Below, in pieces: positions 47,501-60,157 of a stretch of 64,000 bases of DNA. Positions within the stretch are counted from its first letter, which is position 1. Each line of letters starts with the position of its first letter. The translations under genes were made by a program, and so were the position numbers. Source of the stretch: Phoronis australis (taxonomy: Eukaryota > Animalia > Phoronida); NCBI GenBank assembly GCA_002633005.1, contig NMRA01000154.1, forward strand, positions 383,210 to 447,209, read 5' to 3'. The notes under the pieces were generated by a model. It had not been told where the DNA came from. It did no database searches and saw only the letters and a program-made list of their open reading frames with translations.

Positions 47501-50500
47501 AGGTGCCCAATCAGTTAGGTTCACCTGAACCCTGAGGTCTAAGCTTAGTTCTTTAAAATGTTCTTACAGGAGATATCGTCTTTCCAAGTCTCAAGTTGGC
47601 TTCCGAGAAGAGTTTGTTTACAACAGCATGATGTTCAGTGTAGCCGGGCTTGTTTCTGCGAAACTTGGCGGGAAATCGTGGGACGTCCTGATGAAGGAGC
47701 GTCTCTTCAACCCACTGAGCATGCACAGTGCCACTTTCTTAACCCCTAGTCTTCTAAACAGTACAAATTTAGTCGCAAACCCATACAAAGAGAAGACGAC
47801 TGGCGGAGAGCTTGTTCCCATAGACCCTTATGCCAACGCGTGAGTATCCAAAATGCAGCAATTGGTTATACATGTACATGTAACTAAGCGGTTGTTTCCT
47901 TTGATTAATATCACCATAGTTCAGTAAACGAGGGCTCACGGACAGGACTAGTCTCTGAGTTTAAACAGAAGTGGGTGAATACCTTTGAGATATCTTTTTT
48001 CGATAGTTGGCCTTGAGCTATTTCTCATTCCACTTACTCGCCAAATGATTTTGTGTGCGTCCCCTATCCCGCCCCGTGTGTTGATCGTGTATTTTGTGAA
48101 AGGCCACTTAGTCAGCCCCGTCCAGTACAATCCATACAACATTCGTGATTCTGCCTCGCTCACAGCTCTCAAATCCTCGATAAAAGTTCATTTTTACAGT
48201 TGCGTTTAAATATTAATTCTTAATCTTCACCACCAATCGCTTTCTGTTCGTTCCTTTTTATTTCTTTTGGCAATTTTAATGTAAGTTTATTGCTTTTAAA
48301 ACAAGTTTCAGCACTGCATTGTTGTGATCATTTTAGATAGATAGTTGCTTTTAAAAGGAAACTTAGTGTAGGACTCCACAAAGGCCAAACTTGGTTAACC
48401 TCTGAACATCATATCTCAGGTGTGGCAGATCAGATTCGTTTGAAACCATCCTTTGCAGTTATTTGAGAGCCGTAGCGCCAGCTGGTGGTATTGCTGTGAG
48501 TGCTAGGTGCATGGCGAAGTACATGGAGTTTCTGACCAATGGCGGCACAAATAAGCACGGGAAACAACTCTTGTCGCCCAAAGCCTTCAAGGAAATGTTT
48601 CAGCCTCTGATGAATTTGCCTCTGGACTTATTCGGGGGAATGTTCCAACTCCCAGTAACTCCGTATCCGCTCACGTTGGACGCGTACGCCCGTGGCTGGG
48701 TGTTAGGATACTACCGAGGTATTTACATGCACTTCGTACGATACTTCAAAACGGCATCGCCTAATTTTTGCTGTCAAAAAAACAAGCTCATCAGCGTAGC
48801 CTTCTGTGCATGATGCATAATATTCATCAAACGACATGAATTAACCAGCCTTGCATTTTATTTCACAGCAAAGTCAAAGTTAATACAAGAAGTATGAATA
48901 AAATATTTTTCAAATGCGAATGAAATTACTTGCCATTAAGAGATACACAATTATAGGCCTTCATGTGTGACCTGTAACATGTCATTACTCCATTCTTCTA
49001 ATCCGCTAACTAGATTTTCTTCAAAATTCATTTACCTCTTGGGTACGTCTTCAACAAATTATTGCACAAAGGGATTTAAAAGTCATAATTTTACAGTCTA
49101 TGGACAGGTTTTTCTGGTTTTAGGCTAAAAACATAGATCTTTGCAGCTACAACAGTCTGTTTGCAGGGTGTACAAACTCTGAAAATATGAACAGTTTACC
49201 ATGAGCAAATGAAACTGATTCCACAGTCAATATTTCCATATGACGTCATATCTCTTGGCAAACGCTTTGTAAAAATGGTCAGCTGCTGATTTGGGCAACT
49301 GGGCGAAGGACTACTCGAATAAAGTTTGATTACAGTACCGGTAGAATCTGTTTGAGTTGGAAAGAATGAAAGACATCGTCGGCCTCTTAAAGTGTCCGTC
49401 TATGCGCTAAAGGTACTTATAGCAATATGATTTCGGTGATTTAACCATTAATAGGCATAAATCGCCGAAAGGCTTCCGGCGTATGAAAGCCCTGTGGGAG
49501 CATCATCTCTACTGCTAAGTAGAGGCGATGACACATTCCTAGGGTAATTACAGCTATCCATGCTTAACTTATTTATTTGGTGTTTTATACAACCGTGAAA
49601 GATAAATGGGAACATCGGATGTCGGCAATATGCCTCAATGGCATCTCACTCACCGATTATAACTTGCCAACAGTGAACTTGCTACAAGATGCTCAAACAC
49701 GGGGGTCTGCATTTTAGCACCTTTACTGTGGACTTAGAATATACCGAGTGGAGAGCTTTTGACATAGCGTGTGACAATGTTTAAGGTATCAGAAACTATC
49801 GTCAAAATGTATTTGGCGAATTAGTGGAGCGCCAAAGTCACTTAATTTCTGGTTCTCTTTATCTTAGGGCACGGAGGCCTAAAAGAGGTATTGAAATTCC
49901 CTTGGCATTTAGACGAGCTCTAGTGCGTTAATTGAGTGTTAGATTGAATTTTGATCATCCTTGCATGCAAATTCGAGTCTTGGTAAATATGACAAATTAA
50001 ACTTCTAGGTGAACGAAGTGTCTTCCACTTCGGAGATCTCTACGGATTCCATGGCTTAATTACCACGTTCCTGGAGCTGCAAATTGGCGTCTATACAAAC
50101 ACCAACGGACCGTCACAAAGGCGAGGGCAATTGGCGAATCTATTGATACATTCTTATGTAACGGACATATTGATGGGGAAGGAGCCGTGGTTGAACGAAA
50201 CAAGCATCTGTTCCTACAGAGATTACGTGAAAGACGAGCCCACTCCACCGCCTCCACCGCCACCTGCCCACATCGACAAGAACCTTCCAGCATCACGACC
50301 TCTGTCGGAATACACGGGCACATACGGCGATTTGTCAATTGGAAATTTCACGGTTTTAATTAATGATAGCACAATGAAACTTCAAATAGAGATACCTCCC
50401 ATGTTTTATGGTTCCCTGTTCGCAACCAAAGTTGACGACCAATTTGCCGTCGAAGTGTTCGGTCCCTTGTCTTCCTCATTTGATCTGAGCACTAAGTATA

Positions 50501-50643
50501 ATCCCAAAGCTCTTGTAACATTTAGTCCGAACAAAAACGGTGTTATTGATTTAGTAGATGTGTCAATGTATAACCTGACGCTACAAAGAGGTCTCAAGTT
50601 TGAACCCGACAAAATACCGTTGAGAAAAGATTGTCAAGCATGA
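44600..50643 (+). CDS. Secreted serine beta-lactamase-like hydrolase (peptidase S12/AmpC-like plus DUF3471-like C-terminus), paralog 1, ~550 aa
   Basis: Exons 44600-44928, 45451-45609, 47570-47839, 48459-48718, 50009-50643 (1653 nt, open). Signal peptide, VPGLSLAAV, FSAASISK (SxxK), DVIAHRTG, FVYNS, PAGG, HFGD, RPLSEYTGTYG; AATAAA at ~50686. Confidence 0.92.
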
Positions 50644-51074
50644 ATGGGAACGAACGGGTTTGCCGTAAATACATAGTGTCGCAAAAATAAATGGTTCAAG
50701 CCTACTTGGGCACGTAGCCTATACGTTTGTGTCTGCTTTCAAATGCAATACATTTTTGATGCATTAAAAAGATGCCATCGCCAACTATTCACAAAATAAA
50801 TTAATACGATAACCTGATTCATGATTGGTGCTAACCTGCAAAATAGCATTAACGGTGTATGTGGAGTCCTTATTGTTCGTGATTTCGTTGAAACCATGGC
50901 CGTAACCCTGGCTGGTATAGATTCTACTTTTCATTTCATACTAATAGGAATGCCATTCAAACGTAGGCTTACCGTATGCGCAATCATTGGGATCAGCGTC
51001 CCAGTAACATCAAATGCGATTGATGCAGACGTGCCTTACACTATGAATATCTAGGACGCTAAAAACAGCCTCCT

Positions 51075-51205
51075 GTCATTAACGCTAGGACCTCGCTAAA
51101 AAGCAAGACTTCGAGGTTACGTGAGATATTGCCGTGTATTTTGAATGAGAACACGTGACTTAAGTTAGATTTTAGCCTTGGTCCTAGCGTTGCTGAACGC
51201 ACGCC
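51075..51205. mobile_element. MITE family A copy
   Basis: aacgctaggacctcgctaaaaagcaagacttcg...ggtcctagcgttgctgaacgcacg. Confidence 0.75.
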
Positions 51206-54200
51206 AGATTCGTCTTTTGTAAAACTTTGGATCGTCAGCTAATAGTGATTGCGCACATTATTGGCGCGAGTGCTCAATGGACTAAGCATGGGTTGTGTAA
51301 GATCCTAGAAAAATGTTTGTCTTTGGCTTAGTGTGATTTGTTGGAAACTTTCAGATATTCTGTATTACGTATGTTACTCCAAACTTCTGTTTGGAGTTGG
51401 TTTTAAAGTCGTGTTCCATTTTTGGATGAGAAGCTATCGAAAATAGGACTTTCGCGATTTTCATGAAAAAACGGAATGTTTATGAAACGGAAACAAAATA
51501 ATTTAGAATAACTGTAACAGCATTGTTGAGATCTCGTCTTGAATATTTACATCCAATAGAGCGTGATCATGCTATTGATACCGTTGTTTTACTGCTAATT
51601 TTACTATGCGATATATTTCACTAAAAAGACATGGACACATGACTCAGTCACTGGCATGTTGGAAAATGTAATACGTCAAACTCTTCAAATTCTTCAGCTC
51701 TTAAGTTTTAGAAAATACACGTGTTTTCCTTCACTGCATAATGCTTTTCCACTAGCAGTAAAAATTACCAGTTTTGATTAGCTGCAATACGACTACGTCA
51801 CTACACAGTGTAGAATAAATCAAAAGCTAAAATACACTTTTTGAACGACACCACTCTCCTCCGCATGTGTTAATATTTCGAGCTTTCAAATGGCCAATAG
51901 GAGGCAGGGGCTTTTATACCGAAGGCTCGGGCAGTGCTGTAGTGGAGCGTAGGCGAACGTAGGCGCAGCCAACCACCTTATAGCATTTGAACGTAGCGCC
52001 TACGCACCGTAAGTTACGTTCAGTGCTCAAGGCGATACGGTGAGCTTTGAGCGCCCGCTTTCCTCGAATTTTACCACTACAGCACTGTGCTCGCGCAAAC
52101 AGTTTGCAAAACAAAAAAATAGCCAGCTCAGCCTCCAATATATGAACGTTACACTACTGAGCGGCATCGACAGCGTAATTTAGATACTTTGAGATAAGTG
52201 TATTAATTACGCAAGTGAAAAGTATCGGCATAGAGTTTCCAGTGGCGGATTTAGAGAGGGGGGAAGGGGGCCAGGCCCAAACCCCTAAAATTCGCCCAGA
52301 TTCCATTTGGCAGTTCGGGAGTGCGAATGTTTGACGGGGAAAAACCCTGGCTAATACTTTTCCCTGCTCCCCGAAATAAAGATCCTGAATCGGTCTCTGG
52401 TTTGATGACATCACAAATCATGTTCGTTGAAGGTATCACAGCATCAAGACAACCGAGAATGTGAAAATATATTAAACGTCATGGAGCAGCGCCGGCGGGA
52501 ATTGGGAAAGCAATATTTTCAGGTGGTGAAAACGATATTTTGTCAGTGCCTCTGAATTTTAGCTACATGTATCATCACAGGTTTAAACCAGCAGACACAA
52601 AGCCCCAGCTACAAATCTTTAGATCCGCACCACTAAATCCCGCCCACGTGCCGAAATGTTGTATACACCATCACACGGTCTGTATAATTAAGAAGTGGGG
52701 AGTTTTCAAGTGGTCCGATTTTCTCTGGGTCAGATTATGACATTAGATTTTTTAATTCTCGGTAAGTTTTAGTTTTACAAGGACCTCAAGCTACATGTAA
52801 GCCTATTGACAGACGTAATGAAATATTTTGCGTTTTAAATGCACGCTTTAATCTAAAACCTCGTGTAATACCAGTGGTATGCACCAGTATTTATTACAGT
52901 GCCGCCTGTATTCCACAAAACTCTTAACGGAGAGTCCCAAAATTGTGTGTACACTGTATATGGACTTGGCTGTTCCTGGGGCGAATAACATAGATTTGTC
53001 CAAATTCGGATGAAAGAGAATTTCCCCTCGCCCCAGACATCACTAATTTCACTCATTTCTTACATGTCTACCTTTTATTTTTCCATTGCCTGCTCCGCTG
53101 CCTAATTTTTACTTCTTTTCGCTCAAATTTACCTCAATTTTGCCACAACTGGAGAGAAATTGTCCCCCCCCCTCCGCCTAATACTCCTATGAATACCCCC
53201 AAAATCCTTCGTGCGACCCACCCCACATCAATCCCATGTTCTTCAAGCATCCTCAAGTTCAGTCATTTGTGTTTGTATGTTTTAGAATCGTTGAAAATGT
53301 CTCTAATGATAATCCCTGAACTCATTGATGCAGGCAGCATTCGACTAAAGGCCCTAAATTTTTACCCTCGGTTGCGATATATGACACAACATGACAAAAG
53401 TGAATTAGTATCTAATTTACCTGTTTGTGCGAATACAAACTTAGCTAAAATTCTTGATTCATCAATTAACATTTGTCAATCATATTAAACGAATCTTGTA
53501 GGAAATTGATGCCTCAATTTTGACTTTCGGCCATAACATTCGACCGCAGCAACAAATTCCATTCATTGTTGTTGTCAAGAATGTGATGTTTTGGTACATT
53601 TTAACGAAAGCATTGTTGAAATAGATCGGGCAAATCTGTATTCCTCTGTAAGTCCGATACGAGGGTCATATGTGTACAAATGGTTGATCTCCCCCGCTCT
53701 CGTCTTGTAGCTTATACATGTAGGTACGTGACTTGAGTGATGTATGTTGCCAGCCAAGTCACGTAGCGCATGGTACAGATACGTAAAAATTAATTTTTTT
53801 GCGACTTGAAGCAAATTATATTTGAAATGTGCGTGCGGGTCACACCGTGTACACCAAAATTCATTCGTTCTCGTGGCTAATTTACCTATGAATGTACCTG
53901 TGACGATGGCTTCTGAAAAAATTGTGGTCGTCTAATGCGATTATGTGACAGCTTTTGTAAATCAAACACTTAGTTTGAGCAGAAGGCACGTTTACTAAGC
54001 ACCTAATACAGGTGATAGGATGGCCCCTAGACTGCCTGCGTCATGTGAAGCACATGCTCTCATGAGGGTGCTTAGTTTCATGCAGGTGCGGATAAGTGAA
54101 TCAATCCAATGCGCCCCAGCACAAGCATGGCAATCAGAGTCATTATATTGTTTCCGAGCAACGATCACTCCATGCATTTTAGTCAGTCCCAAGACACCGG

Positions 54201-54297
54201 CAGATTTGCCAACTTTTTGGGTTAGCGGTGGGAAAATATATATTTTCCCGAGCACAGAAATTTTCTCCTCCGAGTAGCCTCACAAAACTCCGGCACG

Positions 54298-57200
54298 ATG
54301 GATTTTTCTCCCGTTGCTTGGCTTTCTCTTCTCGCATTATTTTTCGTTCAGAGTACAGAAGTCGCTGCGAGCTTGTCCGCTGAACAAGAGCAGAAAATCG
54401 ACTCCTTCGTACAATCGGCAATGAAGTGTTGGAATGTTCCAGGTTTAAGTCTCGCAGCTGTGAAAGGAGGCAAAGCTGTGCTGTCACGAGGGTACGGGAA
54501 AGCCGACATCGAAAACGACATCCCTGTGACCGATACGACACTCTTTTCAGCTGCGTCAATCTCCAAACAGTTCTCCGCAACACTGCTGGGAATTTTGCTC
54601 GAAGAAAAAGGGTAAGACAATCTTGACGAACTTTTACGAGACCACTAAAAGCTTTTTTTGTTTTTCATGAGCAGTACCATCGCCCTAATCATAGTATCGC
54701 CCCGTTTAACTTCATTGCGACAACAGGGAGATGTCAAATTATCTCACAAAATCACGTGAGTGAAAGGTGAGTAGTTTGTGGGCATTCGAGGGAGCTTGCT
54801 GGCCTATGTCAGTAGAGTAGAACCCAATGAAGGGATTGATCTGTGAGGATGGAATTGTGTGCGAGTTGATTCGTTGTTGGCATTCCATTTATAATCAAAG
54901 ATTTTCTCCGCAAGTTCAAGCTTTGGGTCTACTGAATTCTCGCAAAATCATGCAGTTACGGTGGGAGCTTAAGGCCTCTCCAGGGAATTTGGCGTTTTAG
55001 GGTAGATAGGTGATGCTGGGATTTTAAATTTGCTGGGGACGATACCTATACCTTTATGCATATAACGAAAAAATGTCTTTTAAGATCAAGTTCGGTAATG
55101 CTTAAGCTGCCAGTTAGTTCTTCCGTAGACAAGAAACAAATTGAGACCAGTTTTATAGCGGAATCTAAATTTAAGATTACTTCCTTTGACTGAATGCCGG
55201 AGACGGGTTTACTGCCCTTAGGCAAAAATAAGAGGATGAACGCGTGAAAATCGCAGAGTAATTGAAGGATAAACCTTACTTTTGTGCAGTATTCCTTGGA
55301 GGACGAATGTGAAGGACCTTGTGGATGACTTCGTGATGCCGAGTGACTACATGACACTTCATACTACCCTGGAGGACATCATAGCACACAGGACAGGCCT
55401 GGTGGAAACTATGTACCTGGGTCAATTTTCACCCGAAGAGGCATTCCAGTGAGTGCATTTCCACCCTCGTCTTTAACCTCGGGTGACGTCATCACCTGTT
55501 GTATTTTAATACAAAAGAACGTCTCCATCACAGTACATTTTCTTGAAAAACTTGTTTTTACGTGTGCATGATTCTATTCTAAAACTGCGCATGTCGTTCC
55601 ATTCTTGTCATATCTCAGAACGGAACAAGAAACGTCTGTGGTGACGTAATTATAGGGCATGGACATGTGATAGGATTTGATTCCGATAAAAGTGGGATGG
55701 CTGTAATGATAATTATAAGGCCTGGACAGTGGGGTGGTTCGATCTCGTTTGCGGATGGCGTAAAAAGGCAGATTTTGGGTGGGGTTACACGTGAAAGGTC
55801 CTGCTAACGAACTTTCAAAATCCATGTTTCTCGATTGTGATAACCTGTTCAATCAAGGTGTATGCGCACGTGCACGCCCTCTGTGCATGGTACAAACTTT
55901 CAACTGAGTAACTCGTTACGTCACTTAAAACAAACAGATCAGCATTGAAACTCATTGGGATTTTTAAACACCATCTAATCCATTTCGCAATTAACACCTA
56001 AATTCAATGCATACCGACTCACATTAAAGCCAAAACTTAATGTGTCTCCCACTGTTTTCTCCTTCCCCTCACCCTTCCTTCCCTCTCTCACCCCCTATCT
56101 TCCCTTCTTAGACTCCTTCACTCTCCGTCTTTCTCACCCACTACCTCCCACGGACGTCCCGATCCTTTCCTGTTGTTCTGTTCCTATCCTTCCTCTCCCT
56201 CTCACTGCTGCCNCGCCCTGTTTCACTCTACCCAATGACGCCTCCGAATTTGTCTTAACAACCTTTTCAGGAGACTTCGTTTGTACAAATCTCAAGTTGG
56301 CTTCCGAGAGGAGTTTCTTTACAGCGGGATTGTCTATAGTGTGTCTGGGATAGTTTCCAAGAGACTTGGCGGGAAACCGTGGCACGTCCTTATGAAGGAG
56401 CGAGTGTTCGATCCACTTGGCATGGCAATGGCTTCATTCTTTACACCAAGCCTTCTGAAGAATGGCGGCGTTGCGAATCCATACAACGAAGAAACTGTGG
56501 GTGGAAAACTGGTTTATTTGGATCCCTATGTTAATGCGTGAGTATGGTTATGTGAGACGACGCGCTAACAAAGCATCAGATACAAAATACTTGTATCTCG
56601 GTAAAAACTAGCCAGCCAGGTAGCTGTATGAAGACTATCGCCAAACGACAGCTAGGTATCATTGTGTGTTGAGCTCCGACACACCTCGAAATTGCACACA
56701 GCCCGAGTAGTTGTGCTCATGATCTCGCCGTGAAACTTATATCAACATGAAGAGCTAAGGACCGGCAGGGGTGCAAGCAAAATCTGGGAGTCAGCTGACA
56801 CTTCCCCTGCCCCGTTACATCCGTTTAAGTGAAAAACAGTCTAATAAACTTCATTTTCTTGCGTAATTCTCCGGCTTTTGTAACAAAGAAACGTATCTCG
56901 TCGTTTTGAAAAGAGTGCGCTCGTGACACGTGCACGCAACGTCTCCTATTTTTTGCAACATATATCGCGAGATGATAATACATGTAGTTTCGCAGCAGTA
57001 AAATTTGTTCTGAAATTCGGTTTGCTAGTATCAAAATTCTAAAAAAACTCTAATGAAATGAATCCTGCTTCGATAATTTGTTGTAACGTGTACGCAGTCT
57101 CGTGAAAAAAATAACAGTTGGTTGAAGGAATGGCGAAAAACTGGCCAATAACTGACGCAATATTTCATGACGCTGAAAGCTCACGCAAAAGATTGCACCA

Positions 57201-60157
57201 CAGGTTTAGCAGCAGAATAACGGTAGAAGACCATTTTCTCCAACGTCAGTAAATAATTTAGTTTACTCATGGAAGAGTATATTTTTAATGACAATAATTT
57301 TGTGTCAGATTTTATCTGGTCATTTTTACCCACATTGGCGCAAAGCTTTGCTCCTAGGATTTTAAGGTAAAAACGTGCTGCCTGAATGAATCATTCTTGA
57401 GCGGGTATCCATTTTTAAGATTGTTTGCACGATTTTCTTGTTACCCTGTTTGAGTGGCGTTAAATCAGTACCACTTATGAATCAATTCTACAAATTCTGG
57501 CAAAATGTGTTTTCAATTTTGCTATTTTTGAAATAGTAATTATCACCACTGCTGCAAACTTTTGTGAATAGGCCACGGTTACATTGCGTACATGTATTCT
57601 TGTCAGAGAATTAAGTGATCATGTGAACAAACTTTGAGGCATCAGATTCAGTAGAAGACGGATGATACAGAGCTAATAGTGCCTTAAACCCTTTAGAAGG
57701 ACCGATCTAGCGCACTGCTGCCTCAAAGATATAATAACCCTTGTTAACCTTATCGTTCGTGCGAGTGAAAAGAAATACGACAACTGGGTGAATATGTTAA
57801 ACTTATCGTACGACTGAAAAGAGATACGACCACTGAGTGACAATGTCAGTTGCCGAATGTGTGTATCACTTTCTTCGGAGCGCAGTAAAAAACTTAAAAA
57901 GTGCCTGGAAATGCCTTCTTTACGTACAGAAAAGCTGCTCAATTTCCGTTTCTGTTTGCTGTCTCAGCAAAATCAAACTCGCTTAGTCGTAAAATCTGTA
58001 CCCGGTATTGTTTTCATAGACAACATTGTTCATGTATGTTTCAAACACTTTCTTTTCTGAGTATTGAGACATAGTTCACAGCATTTTAGTCCTTATGTTT
58101 GATTTCAGTTCATTTCTCGACGCATCAATTGTAGATGTTTCCGAACTTTTCGTTTGCTTTGTAGTTACACGAGAGCTGCAGCGCCGGCTGGCGGCATAGC
58201 TGTCACTGCTAGATGTATGGCGAAGTATATGGAGTTTCTGACGAATGAAGGCAAAGACAGCCACGGATCTCATATCTTGTCAACAAGTGCACTCCACGAA
58301 CTATGGAAGCCTCTCATGAACTTGCCTGAAAATTTTTTCGGAGGGTATTTCCAGCTTCCGGTTAACCCATTTCCTCGCACGATTGACGAGTACGCTCACG
58401 GCTGGATGCTGGGATACTACCGAGGTAAACTTTAATAAATCGTTGCTGCGCAAAAGCTTTGGGGTGCTTATGTCTCCCATTGAAATGATTGGCTAGTGTT
58501 TCGCTATCGATACTACCTTGAATGCTTAGAAACTTCCGCAACCTGAAAGTGGACATTTTAAGTTCGTAGAAATTGCATTTTCTGAATAAATTGGCCACAG
58601 ATGTTCAGTTGTATCAGCGCCATGGACAGACCCTAAACTGTTAACCTTAACATGGGAACGAAAACTGTTAAACTCGCACGTTTGAGATTTTTTCGTAACT
58701 GTGAAAACAGAAGAAATACATTTCTCAACCGTATGTACGAATTACAAAAGATCTCAGTTCAGTCCGGTGCATTCCTTATTTCTACGTAATGCACACTAAG
58801 GTTTGATGGTAAGTACGATAAACATTAGTTACTAAAGGTAAAAAATCCCACAAAAACTGTGCCGTATAATATGAAAGTGGCATGATGCGCATAATTATAA
58901 ATCAAAACTTTTAAAAAACCGCTCTGCAATTTTCTGCCAATGTTGCCGAGAGTTTGAAAACTGAGTGATTCTCGTCAAAATTGTACGGATTCGTGTCGTG
59001 GCAGTCAGCATTCAATTTTTATACGACATTAGATGGAACCAAACGGCTCTGCAACAGTGAGTATCCAGAAGTTGTGATTGATAATTTTGCGCGTCTAGTA
59101 CTCGGATACATTGCGAATGATAACGTCTAACATCTATCGTTTACTTTGTGACGAATACATTGAACTAAAAGAAAAGAAAATTGACGTGTGTACGCTTTGA
59201 AATTCAAATCTATGTACATTGACAAATTGCCAAACGCGGTGAATGATATGCCTTAAATGTCGTACGAACGTGTTACGCAGGCCAAGATTCGAAATGTACT
59301 TTTTGTTCGACATGGGCCCAAGGCCTTTTTAGAGCGTATTGATTGATACATGAACAAGTTGCCACATACGCTCTTTTAGTGATGCAGTCGCGGTCAATAA
59401 TTGCAAGTACGAATTGGCCTAGTCAAAAATGCCTAGCTCAATCATTCAGCAAGCCTAGAGGTTTTGCTGAATTAACGTTTTGTGCTTATCTGTAGGGATT
59501 TTATGTCCGAAATATTTTTCAGGTCGAAGAAATGTCTTCCACTTCGGGGATCTCTATGGATTCGACGGGCTTCTCTCCACATTTCCTCAGCAGAAAGTAG
59601 GCGTTTACACGAACACCAATGGACCGGGGAAAAGACGGGCGGTACTCGCCAACCTGCTGATACAGGCTTACGTCACCGATATCATGCTGGATGAGGAACC
59701 TTGGTTGAACGAAACGAGCGTTTGTTCCTATAGAGATTACGTGAAAAACGAGCCTGGTCCACAACCTCCACCGCCACCTTCCCACATTGACAAGAACCTT
59801 CCAGCGTCACGACCTCTTTCGGAATACACTGGCACTTACGGCGATTTATCAGTGGGGAATTTTACCGTGTTTATCAACGACACCACGGGGAAGCTTCAGG
59901 TAGACTTCCCGCCTATCGTTCATTTTTCTCTGTTCGCAACCAAAGTTGGTGACCAGTTTGCAGTTGAAGTTTTCGGTCATATGTCGTTCATGTTCGGTTT
60001 GAGCACCAAGTACAACCCAGGTGCGCTTGCGCAGTTTGTTCCCAACAAAAATGGCAAAATTGACACGCTTAACATGTCAATGTTTGGACTGACGTTGAAG
60101 AAAGATTTGAAGTTTGATCCTGACAAAGTAGTCTTGAGGAAGGATTGTGAAGCGTAA
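54298..60157 (+). CDS. Secreted serine beta-lactamase-like hydrolase, paralog 2, ~544 aa
   Basis: Exons 54298-54611, 55290-55448, 56271-56537, 58165-58424, 59523-60157 (1635 nt, open). Intron positions and phases match paralog 1; SISK, DIIAHRTG, FLYSG, HFGD; AATAAA at ~60228. Confidence 0.92.
56042..56270 (+). repeat. CT-rich low-complexity tract before exon 3 of paralog 2
   Basis: Long polypyrimidine run containing an N at 56213. Confidence 0.7.

Noticed and set aside
44600-60157. Bacterial contamination or an antibiotic-resistance locus
   Set aside because: Each gene has four conserved spliceosomal introns and a polyA signal, and is embedded among animal transposons.
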